Source: a virus (lineage: Duplodnaviria > Heunggongvirae > Uroviricota > Caudoviricetes). From it: a stretch of DNA of 64,000 nucleotides. A program made the translations under genes and the position numbers. The DNA lies in the IMG/VR virus record IMGVR_UViG_2916199983_000001; one strand, given 5' to 3'. Of this stretch, positions 40,317 through 49,970 are shown one piece after another (positions within the stretch are counted from its first letter, which is position 1; the number at the start of each line of letters is the position of its first letter). Below the pieces are notes generated by a model. It saw only the letters and a program-made list of their open reading frames with translations. It ran no database searches and was not told the origin of the DNA.

Positions 40317-40793
40317 TCATGTGTTTTCTTTGGTTGCTTCTTCAATGAGTGCCGCGTACACGTCAGTGACGGGCGCCAGTGAATCGGTGGACGTGGTTTT
40401 GGGTTTGGCTGGTTCTGTTTTCTTCGTGCGTTTAACCAGACTGTTAATCGTCATGGTGTTGCGCTTCCGGGTGAGCGTTCTGGCATGGTCGTTTTGCTCT
40501 TCCACTTCTTTGATAAGCGCAGTCATATCGATGAAGTAGAGCTGTTCGCCTTTGCGGATCTCTTCGACCATCATCTTCAGCGCCTGGCATTTGCCGGCAG
40601 CAATGGCCGCAGCGCAGGACTGGAACGATGTAGCCGGGAGACGCTTCTCTTTGTAGGCGAGGATGGTGTGCTGGCAGACTGTATAGCTGCAATGAGCCTC
40701 ATGGCCGTTGATCTTCACTTCCGGACAGCGCAGCGAATAACCGTTGTTTCCGGAGATAGACGGGATTTTCGACAAATCTGTTCTTGTGGACAT
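40317..40793 (-). CDS. hypothetical Cys-rich protein
   Basis: I place the start at ATG 40793 (MSTRTDLSKIP...). The promoter motif lies at 40812..40823. The track ORF extends to 40871. Confidence 0.4.
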   Translation of the reverse strand: MSTRTDLSKIPSISGNNGYSLRCPEVKINGHEAHCSYTVCQHTILAYKEKRLPATSFQSCAAAIAAGKCQALKMMVEEIRKGEQLYFIDMTALIKEVEEQNDHARTLTRKRNTMTINSLVKRTKKTEPAKPKTTSTDSLAPVTDVYAALIEEATKENT

Positions 40794-40874
40794 GCTTATA
40801 ACCGTAGTCGTGTACTTACTTATTGAGCGCAGTTTAAAAAAGCCCCACCAGGGGGCTAAATGGTTTATCAAGGC

Positions 40875-41669
40875 TTACCAGGTCGCCCAGCCAGTCATTT
40901 TGTCCTGAGCGGCTTCGAACCGGTATGGCTCCAGTAAATCGTTGGCATGGTGGACGGCGTATGATTTTGCCTCCTGTTTAATCATCGGCAGCTCGTTGGC
41001 CAGGCGTGCCACCTGCCCTGCAAAACTGGCGAGTACACCGTCACATGCCTGACCCGCGTCGACAATGATACGCACCAGGTCTAAGTCGCTACGGCACATA
41101 TCGCAGATGATGCCGTATTCCACCTCACGAATGCGCTCAACGGCCTTTTTGGTATCGCCACTGACCACCAATTCCAGCAAACCAGGTGGGGTTGTCAGAT
41201 CTGTTACGCGTTCGGTAACTTCAGGCAGTTCGACAATGCTCAGGAACGCCGCGATAGACGGATCATCCTCTACACCAGCCCTGCCTTTGATCGCGCGAAG
41301 AGTTGCGTCGACAATTTCCTCAAATCGTTCACCTTCATCACACACCGCCTGATTGGTGTAGACAACGCGGCCGTCGTACCATGCACCGGCACGTACTTCG
41401 ACCGTTGCGTCCTTCATTTTGCGAGTGAACGCCACGAGTGCCGCGCGTTTCTGTTTAACACCAGGCAGCTCCGGGGACTCTCCAAAACGAACCCATACCC
41501 GCATGTATTTCGAGCCTTCCCCAAGAGGTGCGGTGCCCACAGACGTGGCGATGTGCTCCAGCGCAGTTTGGATCGCCTCATCGATAATCTTCTGGCGCTC
41601 TTCTGTATCAATTTCTACGCCTGATTTGTCGATAATTACGGTAACGGACTTCTGAATATCTGCTTTCAT
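40875..41669 (-). CDS. hypothetical protein
   Basis: 264-codon ORF. The promoter motif lies at 41713..41733. Confidence 0.45.
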   Translation of the reverse strand: MKADIQKSVTVIIDKSGVEIDTEERQKIIDEAIQTALEHIATSVGTAPLGEGSKYMRVWVRFGESPELPGVKQKRAALVAFTRKMKDATVEVRAGAWYDGRVVYTNQAVCDEGERFEEIVDATLRAIKGRAGVEDDPSIAAFLSIVELPEVTERVTDLTTPPGLLELVVSGDTKKAVERIREVEYGIICDMCRSDLDLVRIIVDAGQACDGVLASFAGQVARLANELPMIKQEAKSYAVHHANDLLEPYRFEAAQDKMTGWATW

Positions 41670-41852
41670 AAAGGTTCCTCAATTCCTTCGTCGCGCATAT
41701 TCTTACAAAAAAATAAGTATGTATCTACTTAACAATATAGGCATTTTGTTTCGTTTATAAAAGATGCTCTTAATCCTGCCCAGTTGTAGCAGTCACGTCA
41801 CTTCTATATGATTTCACTTAACTAATACGTTAAACACACAAGGCTTAGGTCT

Positions 41853-42923
41853 ATGACAACGTTGTCCAAAAACGTGATGCAACACAGGAAGGTATTGAAA
41901 GAAACCGGTTTGGCATTTGCCAAATCTATACCGCTTGTTGGGCCTCATATTGAGGCAGCGGAAAAAATGTTCACGTTGTTCTCAGAGATAAATGCTACGA
42001 CTTGTCGTGATCGATTCAACCGTTACATTATGGGCATTGGTGAAATTTGCGACGATGAGGTCGATATCTCAAGAGAACACTTTTCGGCGTTAGTCAAAAA
42101 GCTCGTGCTTGATGATGAAGACAAGAAAACAGAATACTACATCCGCTTGACGGTAAGCCTAGCCCGCAGCAGCCTTAACGACGATGAACGACTACTTTTT
42201 ATTCATATATTAAGTGAATTAACCTGCTCTGATATCGATTATGCCCGCAAGCTCTACATTGCAACGAATGCTTCCATCAAAGGTTTTAAAACATCAGCAT
42301 CAGCTCAAGCCAGCATCACATCACAAAAAAAAGCACTGTCTCTGCGCTCACTCAATAAGCTCATTTCTTCAGGACTTGTTTACGAGGATAGAACAGGTGA
42401 GATCAAGGCCAATCCGGGCTACAAACTAACAAGCGATTTAGAGCGTCTTTTGGGATTCATTTTCCATAGTGACGATCTACAACCTACGGCATTGTCCATT
42501 GAATCGAAAGAAGAATATGACGTCATTATTATTGACAGCGACAAGATTTACCGAGGCTCATATCCAAACATTATCTATCGTCAGCTTCGGGCTGCTGGAG
42601 TTAAAGTTTGCATAGAGAAAAGTGAAGACTGTATTGCCTACAAGCTAGCAACGCTCTTCATTTCCGTCAAAACAGGTAGCGGGTTGAACGGTCTTGGCGA
42701 GTGGATAAATTATGGCGATATTAGCGTCCTCACACATTTAGATAACAGCACTAATCGCTTTTATGAAAGTGCATTCAGGGAGACAGTCGACCGCGAGCAT
42801 TTTTCACCTGGAGACGACGATTCGTCATTCGATGCAAGTAAGCTAAATAACGCACTAAATAAGGTAGCTGCGTTTGTTTTAGACCGACTATCTCCATCTA
42901 TAGGAACTAAATTAAAGCCTTAA
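41853..42923 (+). CDS. hypothetical protein (plus-strand moron)
   Basis: 356-codon ORF opposite to all its neighbours. Its 3' end overlaps the primase 3' end by 17 nt in convergent orientation. Confidence 0.5.
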   Translation: MTTLSKNVMQHRKVLKETGLAFAKSIPLVGPHIEAAEKMFTLFSEINATTCRDRFNRYIMGIGEICDDEVDISREHFSALVKKLVLDDEDKKTEYYIRLTVSLARSSLNDDERLLFIHILSELTCSDIDYARKLYIATNASIKGFKTSASAQASITSQKKALSLRSLNKLISSGLVYEDRTGEIKANPGYKLTSDLERLLGFIFHSDDLQPTALSIESKEEYDVIIIDSDKIYRGSYPNIIYRQLRAAGVKVCIEKSEDCIAYKLATLFISVKTGSGLNGLGEWINYGDISVLTHLDNSTNRFYESAFRETVDREHFSPGDDDSSFDASKLNNALNKVAAFVLDRLSPSIGTKLKP

Positions 42924-44118
42924 TTCCCCGTACCTTGCTTTGTAGCTCCAACTGTCTGGAGTACGGCTTGGCACGATAATAGGCTTTTAGTATCTGCTCT
43001 GGCGTCGCGTCGCCGGGGTCGAGACCTTCTTCGCCCAGACAGGCCACTTTGACATTCAGTCCGATGCTGGTGAGACGTTTGGCCGCTGACATGGTGTTGC
43101 GGATCGCTTGCTTTTCGCTGTCCCACATCATGATGACGTTGCGTAATCCACGCGCCTTGAGCGTCAGGAACGCGCCTAACTGATCTTCAGCGTCCTCATT
43201 CATATTTCCGGACAAGTGCATCCCGAACGTGCCAATTGGCTCTACATAATCCCGCAGCGTCTCTTCGTCGAAGATGGCTCGCTTCACGCCCATTACGTCA
43301 AATGCCCCTTCACACACAACGACCGTTTGTTTTCCGACTGCATTGTGGCCGTTGTAGAGAAACTTACCCGACGCCGGCAGCTGCATCGGAAAGAGGTAAC
43401 GGCGTTCTGCTGCACCGGTAATGTCACGCCCTTGGAAGGTCTTCATCACGCCATCCAGATCGTAAACCGGTATCAGGATGCGCATATCAAACACCTGCCC
43501 TTTGACCTGGTCTGTGTACGGATCGACGTATGCGTGCTTGCCTTCGACGCAGTAACGCAGATCAAAGTATTTGGCCAGATCCGGGGAGATATGGCGCTCC
43601 ACCAGATAATCAGGAAGACGACCGTCAATGGGGAGTTCGTAATGTCGCGGGAGAGCTACTGGCCCTTCGAGTTCAACCTTGCTGGCCAGCACGACCTCTT
43701 CCTTCTTCGGCGCCCATCCTTGTGAGATCAGCGCGTTCTGGACGTACTCTTCAAAATCGCGACGGGATTTGCCGCTGTAGTGCTTGAGGAAGACCAGCTT
43801 GTTGAACTGAATCTCTTCGGGATGATCACCAGCAAAGCATTTGCCGACGCCATTGGTCAGGTTGAAATAAACCTTCCAGTTTGAGCTGCCGCATACCGGA
43901 CACTCCTTGATATTCACCTCACGTCCACGAGTACTGACGCCACCACGACGGTAGATGATTCCTTCCATATCGAGCCATTGTTCAAAATCCAGCTCGGTCA
44001 GTAATTCTTTCAAGTCGCTCACGTTCTTAACCCTACTTTTTGCAGGTAATATCTCGATAAGCCTCGGTATTTGAATACCATAAAGGCTCATGTGTTTTTT
44101 CTTTTGTGGCTTTGGCAA
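42907..44118 (-). CDS. DNA primase (zinc-ribbon + TOPRIM)
   Basis: CPVCGSSNW...C looks like a CHC2 zinc finger. A TOPRIM-like C-terminal half follows. The start is uncertain: TTG at 44118 or ATG at 44091. Confidence 0.7.
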   Translation of the reverse strand: MPKPQKKKHMSLYGIQIPRLIEILPAKSRVKNVSDLKELLTELDFEQWLDMEGIIYRRGGVSTRGREVNIKECPVCGSSNWKVYFNLTNGVGKCFAGDHPEEIQFNKLVFLKHYSGKSRRDFEEYVQNALISQGWAPKKEEVVLASKVELEGPVALPRHYELPIDGRLPDYLVERHISPDLAKYFDLRYCVEGKHAYVDPYTDQVKGQVFDMRILIPVYDLDGVMKTFQGRDITGAAERRYLFPMQLPASGKFLYNGHNAVGKQTVVVCEGAFDVMGVKRAIFDEETLRDYVEPIGTFGMHLSGNMNEDAEDQLGAFLTLKARGLRNVIMMWDSEKQAIRNTMSAAKRLTSIGLNVKVACLGEEGLDPGDATPEQILKAYYRAKPYSRQLELQSKVRGIKALI

Positions 44119-44182
44119 AAGAGAAAATTTGTTCTCTTATGGAGACCGGCGTGGAGAGCGTTTCTCCACGCCTTCTTTTTTT

Positions 44183-45523
44183 TTAGAGGACGTCCATAAT
44201 GCGTTCGATGAATCGCATTTGTTCGAGGTTCTGCTTAACGCGGATGCTTACGCCGCCTTTCTGGTTACGTGAACCAGCGAAGTACAGACGCGCTTCGCCT
44301 TTCGCTTCTTCCTCTTCCGTTTTGTTGATCGTGATAACGAGGTCAGCGATACGCACCTTCTCGATGTTGTCCGCTGCGTGCATCATTGTGGCCACCTCTG
44401 AAGCACCACCTTCCCTGTTAGTCTGCGATGCAGTGATGCCGGCAACGTTGTGTTTGTCGTACAGCGCACGCAGGTCAGTGTAGATGCTGCGAATGTTGGC
44501 GCGGTCGTCGCGGAGGTCGTAGCTGGCACGCATCAGGTCGGCGTAGTCGACCACGACCATGTCGGGGATCATGCCATTGGCTTTCATGCTGCCCAACATA
44601 CGATCCAGATCTGCAGGCGACATGCTTCCGGACGGTCGTTCAACAATCCACAAGCTCCCCACGCCTTTCGTCGCGCCCAGCTCTGCCAGTTTGCGATGGA
44701 CGTCGTCGCGGCGCTCCACCAGCTTGGACATTTCGGTCTCAGACAGACGGGCGTCAAAGCGATCTGACAGAATGGAGGTGTGAACTTCCAGCGACAGATA
44801 CAGGACGTTGTAACCGGCAAGCGTGGCGTTGATGGAGAACTCACCCATCGCTGTCGATTTACCAGACTTCGCGAAGCCCATGAACAGCACCATTTCACGC
44901 TTTGCCCAGCCTTTCTGGTAAAGCAGCTTGTCGAGCAGCGGTAGACCCGTCGTGATGCTGTTTGGCACGTAATCGTCGGATGCTTCATACTCACGCGCCT
45001 TGTAACGCTCTGCTGATTCAGAGAAGTAATCGTAAATGCCGGTCGCTTCGTTAGAGCCGATTTGCTGGACTTTGGCCATGATTGCCATTGCGCCCTGGAA
45101 ATCGCCCTTCTCTTTCATCTCAGCCGCTTTAATCAGCGCGTCGTCGAACGCTACGCTTTTGGCAAACGTCGCGACCTGGTCGACCATGTACGCCGTATCT
45201 GACAGCTTCTCCGCGAGAATCCGCTTAAACGCCTCAACGACGTCGGGGAACAGCTCTTCGCGGATCGTCTTATCGCGTTTGGCGCGTTTGAGCATGTCGA
45301 GGATGGCCGACGATGATGGTGCGCTCTTATACATTCTGTAGTAGCCCGACACCATGTTCACCAGAATGGCGTTGGCCGCATTGGAGAACTGGTTTGGCGC
45401 AACCAGATCACCGGCGCGAGTGAGAAATTCATGGTCGCGACAGAAGTAGGCTGCGAGTCGATTCTGGAAATCGTCGTCGAACTCTTCAGACAACCCTCGT
45501 CCTGTGTGGCAAAGTTCGGTCAT
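44183..45523 (-). CDS. DnaB-like replicative helicase
   Basis: Walker A GFAKSGKST. The RecA-like C-terminal domain has DnaB motifs (VVDYADLM, SQTNREG). Confidence 0.85.
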   Translation of the reverse strand: MTELCHTGRGLSEEFDDDFQNRLAAYFCRDHEFLTRAGDLVAPNQFSNAANAILVNMVSGYYRMYKSAPSSSAILDMLKRAKRDKTIREELFPDVVEAFKRILAEKLSDTAYMVDQVATFAKSVAFDDALIKAAEMKEKGDFQGAMAIMAKVQQIGSNEATGIYDYFSESAERYKAREYEASDDYVPNSITTGLPLLDKLLYQKGWAKREMVLFMGFAKSGKSTAMGEFSINATLAGYNVLYLSLEVHTSILSDRFDARLSETEMSKLVERRDDVHRKLAELGATKGVGSLWIVERPSGSMSPADLDRMLGSMKANGMIPDMVVVDYADLMRASYDLRDDRANIRSIYTDLRALYDKHNVAGITASQTNREGGASEVATMMHAADNIEKVRIADLVITINKTEEEEAKGEARLYFAGSRNQKGGVSIRVKQNLEQMRFIERIMDVL

Positions 45524-45542
45524 GTGCTTTCCTTTGGTGCTT

Positions 45543-45557
45543 AAACAATTTGTTTTC
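45543..45557 (-). promoter_or_regulatory. AAACAA-T-TTGTTT palindromic leader motif (helicase gene copy)
   Basis: On the coding strand it reads GAAAACAAATTGTTTAAGCACCAAAGGAAAGCACATG. Confidence 0.45.
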
Positions 45558-45583
45558 TAATACTAAAAAAGCCAAATAGGGGA

Positions 45584-46309
45584 TCAACAGAATCGCCGTG
45601 CTTCTTCCAGTTCTTCCGGGAAGTGCGCGTAAATCACACGCTCAGGCACGATTTCCATCAACCAGACAGCGGAGAAGATGATGCGGACGCGTTTGTCTCG
45701 GGTAATGCCACGCAGACGCTCCAGAACCCACTCAAAATAGCGTTCTTGAATCGGGTCGTCCTGCATGTCTCCCAGATGCTTAAAACTCACCAGAGAGTCA
45801 TCCAGACGGGTTACAGCGCGTTTGGCTAACTTCTCTTCGAAAATCTCGATCAGCTCGGGCTGCCAGAGATGCTGGGGGCGAGGTAATTTGTCCCACAGAC
45901 GGCGTGCAGCTGCGGAAAGAACGGTAGAAATAAAGTAGTCATAAGAGCAGCAGTACTGGTCGGCAAACTGGCGTGCTTTCCAGAGAGACGTTTTGTTGGC
46001 CGTCGACAGCTCCTGATACGGCACACGTTTCAAACCGGTAGTGAATTGGGCCGTCTCATAGTGCTCGCGGCCATGCGACAGCATGATGTATGAGTACTGG
46101 CGCTTGTATGCCTCAGTGAAGAGGCATGTGGCCATAAGCGGGTGCATGTCGCGGTAATCGAACCACTTTGTCTCGAACAGCTCTGCCTCATCCTTACAGC
46201 GTGACAGCCCAATATTCTCGGCCACCCACTTGTCCATGACTGTGGTGTCCCACTCGGTCATGAAGTCGTACTGGTCGTTGTTAATAGTGTTAAAGAAGAT
46301 CTGGCTCAT
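45584..46309 (-). CDS. hypothetical protein
   Basis: 241-codon ORF. The promoter motif lies at 46321..46342. Confidence 0.45.
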   Translation of the reverse strand: MSQIFFNTINNDQYDFMTEWDTTVMDKWVAENIGLSRCKDEAELFETKWFDYRDMHPLMATCLFTEAYKRQYSYIMLSHGREHYETAQFTTGLKRVPYQELSTANKTSLWKARQFADQYCCSYDYFISTVLSAAARRLWDKLPRPQHLWQPELIEIFEEKLAKRAVTRLDDSLVSFKHLGDMQDDPIQERYFEWVLERLRGITRDKRVRIIFSAVWLMEIVPERVIYAHFPEELEEARRFC

Positions 46310-46500
46310 GTGCTTTGCTCGATAGGTAGTTACTTACTTATCATAATGAGCGAATCATAGCGACTGGAGACTGTTTTTGGAAGTGGAAACGGAAGGGAAT
46401 GTGTCTGGGAAGTTGGCATAGAAAAAGACCTGCTCCCGTATAAATAATAATAAGTAACTTAGTATTTATATACGAAAACAGGTTCACAGAAGTATAATTT

Positions 46501-48204
46501 TTAAATTGTTTTAATAATATACCTTACCCTAAATTCATTTAAAGAAGACAATTTAGAAATCCTTACAAGTGCATCTTTGGCCTTTCTGGTTATCTGCTCT
46601 TGCTCACTGGTGGGATTAGTTAAGTTGTCAAATTTTAACAGACCATTTTTGACTAGATTCATCACATCTCGTTCACATGTTGTCATCCAATTGAAATAGT
46701 CATCCTCACTAAAATTATTCAAAGCATCAACATCTCTTGGGTTATAAGAATTGCCTGCACTTAGCTTAATTAGTATATCTTCTAAAGAAATCCCTTCATA
46801 TTTAAGTGCAACGATTCGATTTTTAATGACACTTGACAATTTTTCAAAATTTATATGTGCATCTATTAAATCTGAATACGCTAAATTTATATCACATCTT
46901 TCGAAAAATGCATCAGTATATTTCGTAATGTAGTCGTCACAATCTTCCCCTAGAGATTCCAACATTTCCATTAAACTGGATACCCTACCCAATGGAAGAT
47001 CACAAAGATTTTCTTCAAATAGCTTTTTAATTTCAGAAATAAAAACAAAATCATTCTTTGCAAAGGACCCAGTATAAATAGCCCAAACATCATTAACTTT
47101 ATTATTCAATGTGATATTAGTATAATCTTTATTCTTCTTTTGGATTACTTCACCAAGATTACTTGCAGCGATTTTATAACCATGTTTTAGATGAAAGTCA
47201 ATATCATCATCAAACACACCATCGCATCTATTAAAAACATCTTCGACATTACCTACAAATAGATGCACAGGTGTTTTGTTATCTACTTCATCGTCTGGAA
47301 TGTAGTATGCATTTGTATTAATGAGAGTTTTGAACTCTTCGTAATCGACGTCATGAACCCCAGAATAGTAGACAAATGAAAATAAAGCTACTCTATTGAC
47401 AAAGTCAGCTCTAACCTGTTCATGTGCTTCGCAAAGGTCTTTTTCATATTCTGCAAGCATATTTTTAATTTTAATTAATATCCGAATGTTTTTAATATCC
47501 AAATGCAATACAATTTCTTTTAAATATTTATAGTTTTTATCATTTTTAAAAAAAACTTTATCCAGGTTATCAATGGCCATTGGGGAAAACATAATATCTA
47601 GATCTACAATTTTCTCTCTGTACTCTGAGAATTGTTTTTCCTCTTTTGTCCCCTTGAGATTGTTTTCATTATAAACCAGTATTATTTTACAGTTTTTCTT
47701 TCGGGCTAACTCATCAATCAACCCCATGATATCCTTTATCTCTAAAGAGTTACCTTTTCTTTCTAAATCGTCAAAACAAATTACATAATCCTTTACAAAC
47801 GAATATTCAACAGCCGAAACAAAATTTCCCGCTCTAAAACCTATAGACGTATTGTCGAAATATTTTATAATGAACTTAGATAATCTATTATATTTTAAAC
47901 AATAACAAATTTTGGAAAGGAATTTCCCATTCACTATTTTATCTTGTTCGACAAGTGTCTGCCTATACTTTTTTTCATTTATTGGAGTCGCCAAATGAAA
48001 TATTTCTTTCTTAATTTCATTTATTGAGTTTTTTCCAAAAAGAGAAATATATGAGTAAGCACTTTTATTTAGCGAATTAACATTTTTGTGATAGTACCCA
48101 TTCCAAAAATGTGTTTTCCCTATCCCCCAATCACCTTTTATTACAGCAACCTTATTGTCTGAATTGAAAAAAGTGTTTAAGACTTCATCCAAATTTATCA
48201 TCAT
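46501..48204 (-). CDS. KAP-family P-loop NTPase
   Basis: Walker A VIKGDWGIGKTHFW and Walker B VICFDDLER. The gene is about 30% GC, far below its neighbours. Confidence 0.65.
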   Translation of the reverse strand: MMINLDEVLNTFFNSDNKVAVIKGDWGIGKTHFWNGYYHKNVNSLNKSAYSYISLFGKNSINEIKKEIFHLATPINEKKYRQTLVEQDKIVNGKFLSKICYCLKYNRLSKFIIKYFDNTSIGFRAGNFVSAVEYSFVKDYVICFDDLERKGNSLEIKDIMGLIDELARKKNCKIILVYNENNLKGTKEEKQFSEYREKIVDLDIMFSPMAIDNLDKVFFKNDKNYKYLKEIVLHLDIKNIRILIKIKNMLAEYEKDLCEAHEQVRADFVNRVALFSFVYYSGVHDVDYEEFKTLINTNAYYIPDDEVDNKTPVHLFVGNVEDVFNRCDGVFDDDIDFHLKHGYKIAASNLGEVIQKKNKDYTNITLNNKVNDVWAIYTGSFAKNDFVFISEIKKLFEENLCDLPLGRVSSLMEMLESLGEDCDDYITKYTDAFFERCDINLAYSDLIDAHINFEKLSSVIKNRIVALKYEGISLEDILIKLSAGNSYNPRDVDALNNFSEDDYFNWMTTCERDVMNLVKNGLLKFDNLTNPTSEQEQITRKAKDALVRISKLSSLNEFRVRYIIKTI

Positions 48205-48226
48205 TTATGCTCTATTTGACAAATGT

Positions 48227-48250
48227 AAAAGGCGCCTCTCAGCGCCTTTT
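48227..48250. terminator. rho-independent terminator after the par operon
   Basis: AAAAGGCGCctctcaGCGCCTTTT. Confidence 0.6.
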
Positions 48251-48252
48251 AC

Positions 48253-48612
48253 TTAACCTTTCTTCATCAGCTCACGCTTGATTTCATCGGTGCGCATCGT
48301 GACGTCGGCAGCGGTGATCGCCTCGTTCAGTTTCACGATGTCTTCGATTTCCTGCGGCGACTTCTCTGCCAGATGGAAAATGGCTGCGCGAATCACGTCA
48401 GAACGGGTGAACTTCTCGAAACGAGGGATGAACTTCATCATCTCCAGCAGATCGAAGTACTCGTCTTCCAGCGACATTGTGCGGCTCTTAATCTTCTCTT
48501 TCCCACGAGTCGGACGCCCCTGCGGTCTGACTGGCTGGCGCATTGGGGTGCTGCTTTTTACCGGTTCTTCCGGATCTTTGCGCTTTGCAAGGTCTCCCAT
48601 TCTCATGGACAT
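48253..48612 (-). CDS. partition protein, ParG/ParB-like small DNA-binding partner
   Basis: Coupled to parA (shared nt 48612). It has a basic N-terminal tail and a C-terminal RHH-like segment. Confidence 0.5.
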   Translation of the reverse strand: MSMRMGDLAKRKDPEEPVKSSTPMRQPVRPQGRPTRGKEKIKSRTMSLEDEYFDLLEMMKFIPRFEKFTRSDVIRAAIFHLAEKSPQEIEDIVKLNEAITAADVTMRTDEIKRELMKKG

Positions 48613-49277
48613 TATTCTTCCTCCAGACTCATGATGTAATCTACAAACTCTTCAAACTCGGCTTCTGCCTTCTTATCGCGTTCGGCGCCAGTCATTTCAA
48701 AGATAGAACGACCTGCCTCTTCCGCATCGTCATAAACGTTACGGTTGTACAGGTTAACCGGCGCAGCCTCGATGCCGAATGTCTCGACAATTTCTTTCGC
48801 CGCCAGAATACGTGACGCCTGGGAAGGCAGTGACGGACACTGGTTCACTACCGCGCGGATCTTCACAGTCTCGTTCACGTTGCGAACGTTGTCGATAATC
48901 GGGTCGATATCACGCAGGGATTTCAAATCACGACGCTTAGGGCGAAGCGGGATAATGATGAAGTCTGCCAGCAGCATCGCTTGTCGCTGAATTTCGGAGT
49001 CAAAACCACCCGCATCAATGACGACGTAATCGTAGCGTCCCTTCAGCGATTTGATGTGTTTGACGATGTCGTCCTGAACGTATGCGAACGGGATTAGCTC
49101 AAGATCTTCGTTCTGGCGACGGTCTTCGCACCAGCTCGTTGTGGTGCGCTGAATATCAATGTCGGTGACGTGAGTCTTCTTTTTCTTTTTAACTTTGAGG
49201 CATACCGCAATTTGCTGGGCAACGGTAGATTTGCCTGGGCCGCCTTTTGTGCCGCCAACCACAATGATCCTGGTCAT
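48612..49277 (-). CDS. parA: ParA/Soj-family partition ATPase (type Ib)
   Basis: Deviant Walker A GGTKGGPGKST. 221 aa. Confidence 0.85.
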   Translation of the reverse strand: MTRIIVVGGTKGGPGKSTVAQQIAVCLKVKKKKKTHVTDIDIQRTTTSWCEDRRQNEDLELIPFAYVQDDIVKHIKSLKGRYDYVVIDAGGFDSEIQRQAMLLADFIIIPLRPKRRDLKSLRDIDPIIDNVRNVNETVKIRAVVNQCPSLPSQASRILAAKEIVETFGIEAAPVNLYNRNVYDDAEEAGRSIFEMTGAERDKKAEAEFEEFVDYIMSLEEE

Positions 49278-49312
49278 TGGTGAGTTCCCTTTGCGTGAAT
49301 TATTGTCGTATG

Positions 49313-49327
49313 AAACAACTTGTTTTC
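49313..49327 (-). promoter_or_regulatory. AAACAA-c-TTGTTT leader motif (parA copy)
   Basis: AGAAAACAAGTTGTTTC lies 36 nt upstream of the parA ATG. Confidence 0.4.
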
Positions 49328-49329
49328 TT

Positions 49330-49690
49330 ATATGCGATATAGCCTAAATGCCTACGGCTACGGTGTAAAGGTGAAATGATAGGCAATGCAGGGTGTTAGC
49401 TCACAGAGCAAACTAACAGTTGAATGTTTGGCCAATCAGCCTTATAGTGAATGTACGGAAAGACGCCGTACATATGACGGGTTTGACCGATAATATTATT
49501 GATGCTTGAAATGACTATATAAATACTGATCTTACTGAATAAATACCGTTTAAATTACTGTTACTAATCGCTTATATACTGACATTAAATTATTGAGTTG
49601 ATACTGAAATAGCTTATATATCTGACACTTATATCATTTAATTATATCTAGACAAAGAAGTGCCTCACAGCTTGGGAAGTGAGGCCAGGA
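49330..49690. promoter_or_regulatory. AT-rich parA upstream region with repeated TACTGA / TATCTGACA motifs (candidate centromere/operator)
   Basis: aaatactgatcttactgaataaatac, attactgttactaatcg, cttatatactgacatt, gatactgaaatag and cttatatatctgacactt all lie here. Confidence 0.4.
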
Positions 49691-49697
49691 GTAAAGC

Positions 49698-49967
49698 ATG
49701 TCAGCACTGAAAAAACAGCGCATCGATCTAAGATTAACTGACGACGACAAGAGCATGATCGAAGAAGCTGCGGCAATGACCAACCAGACTATTACTCAGT
49801 TTATGGTTGCCAGCGCCTCTGAACGTGCTGCGGAAGTGATAGAGCAACATCGCCGCTTGATTCTCAGTGAAGAGTCCTGGAATCTGGTAATGGATGCCAT
49901 CAGTAACCCGCCTGCACCGAACGATAGGCTGAAACGAGCTGCCAAACGTCTACAAAGCATGGAGTAA
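49698..49967 (+). CDS. DUF1778/RHH antitoxin (TacA-like)
   Basis: 89 aa. It is immediately upstream of, and coupled to, the GNAT toxin gene. Confidence 0.6.
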   Translation: MSALKKQRIDLRLTDDDKSMIEEAAAMTNQTITQFMVASASERAAEVIEQHRRLILSEESWNLVMDAISNPPAPNDRLKRAAKRLQSME

Positions 49968-49970
49968 GAC

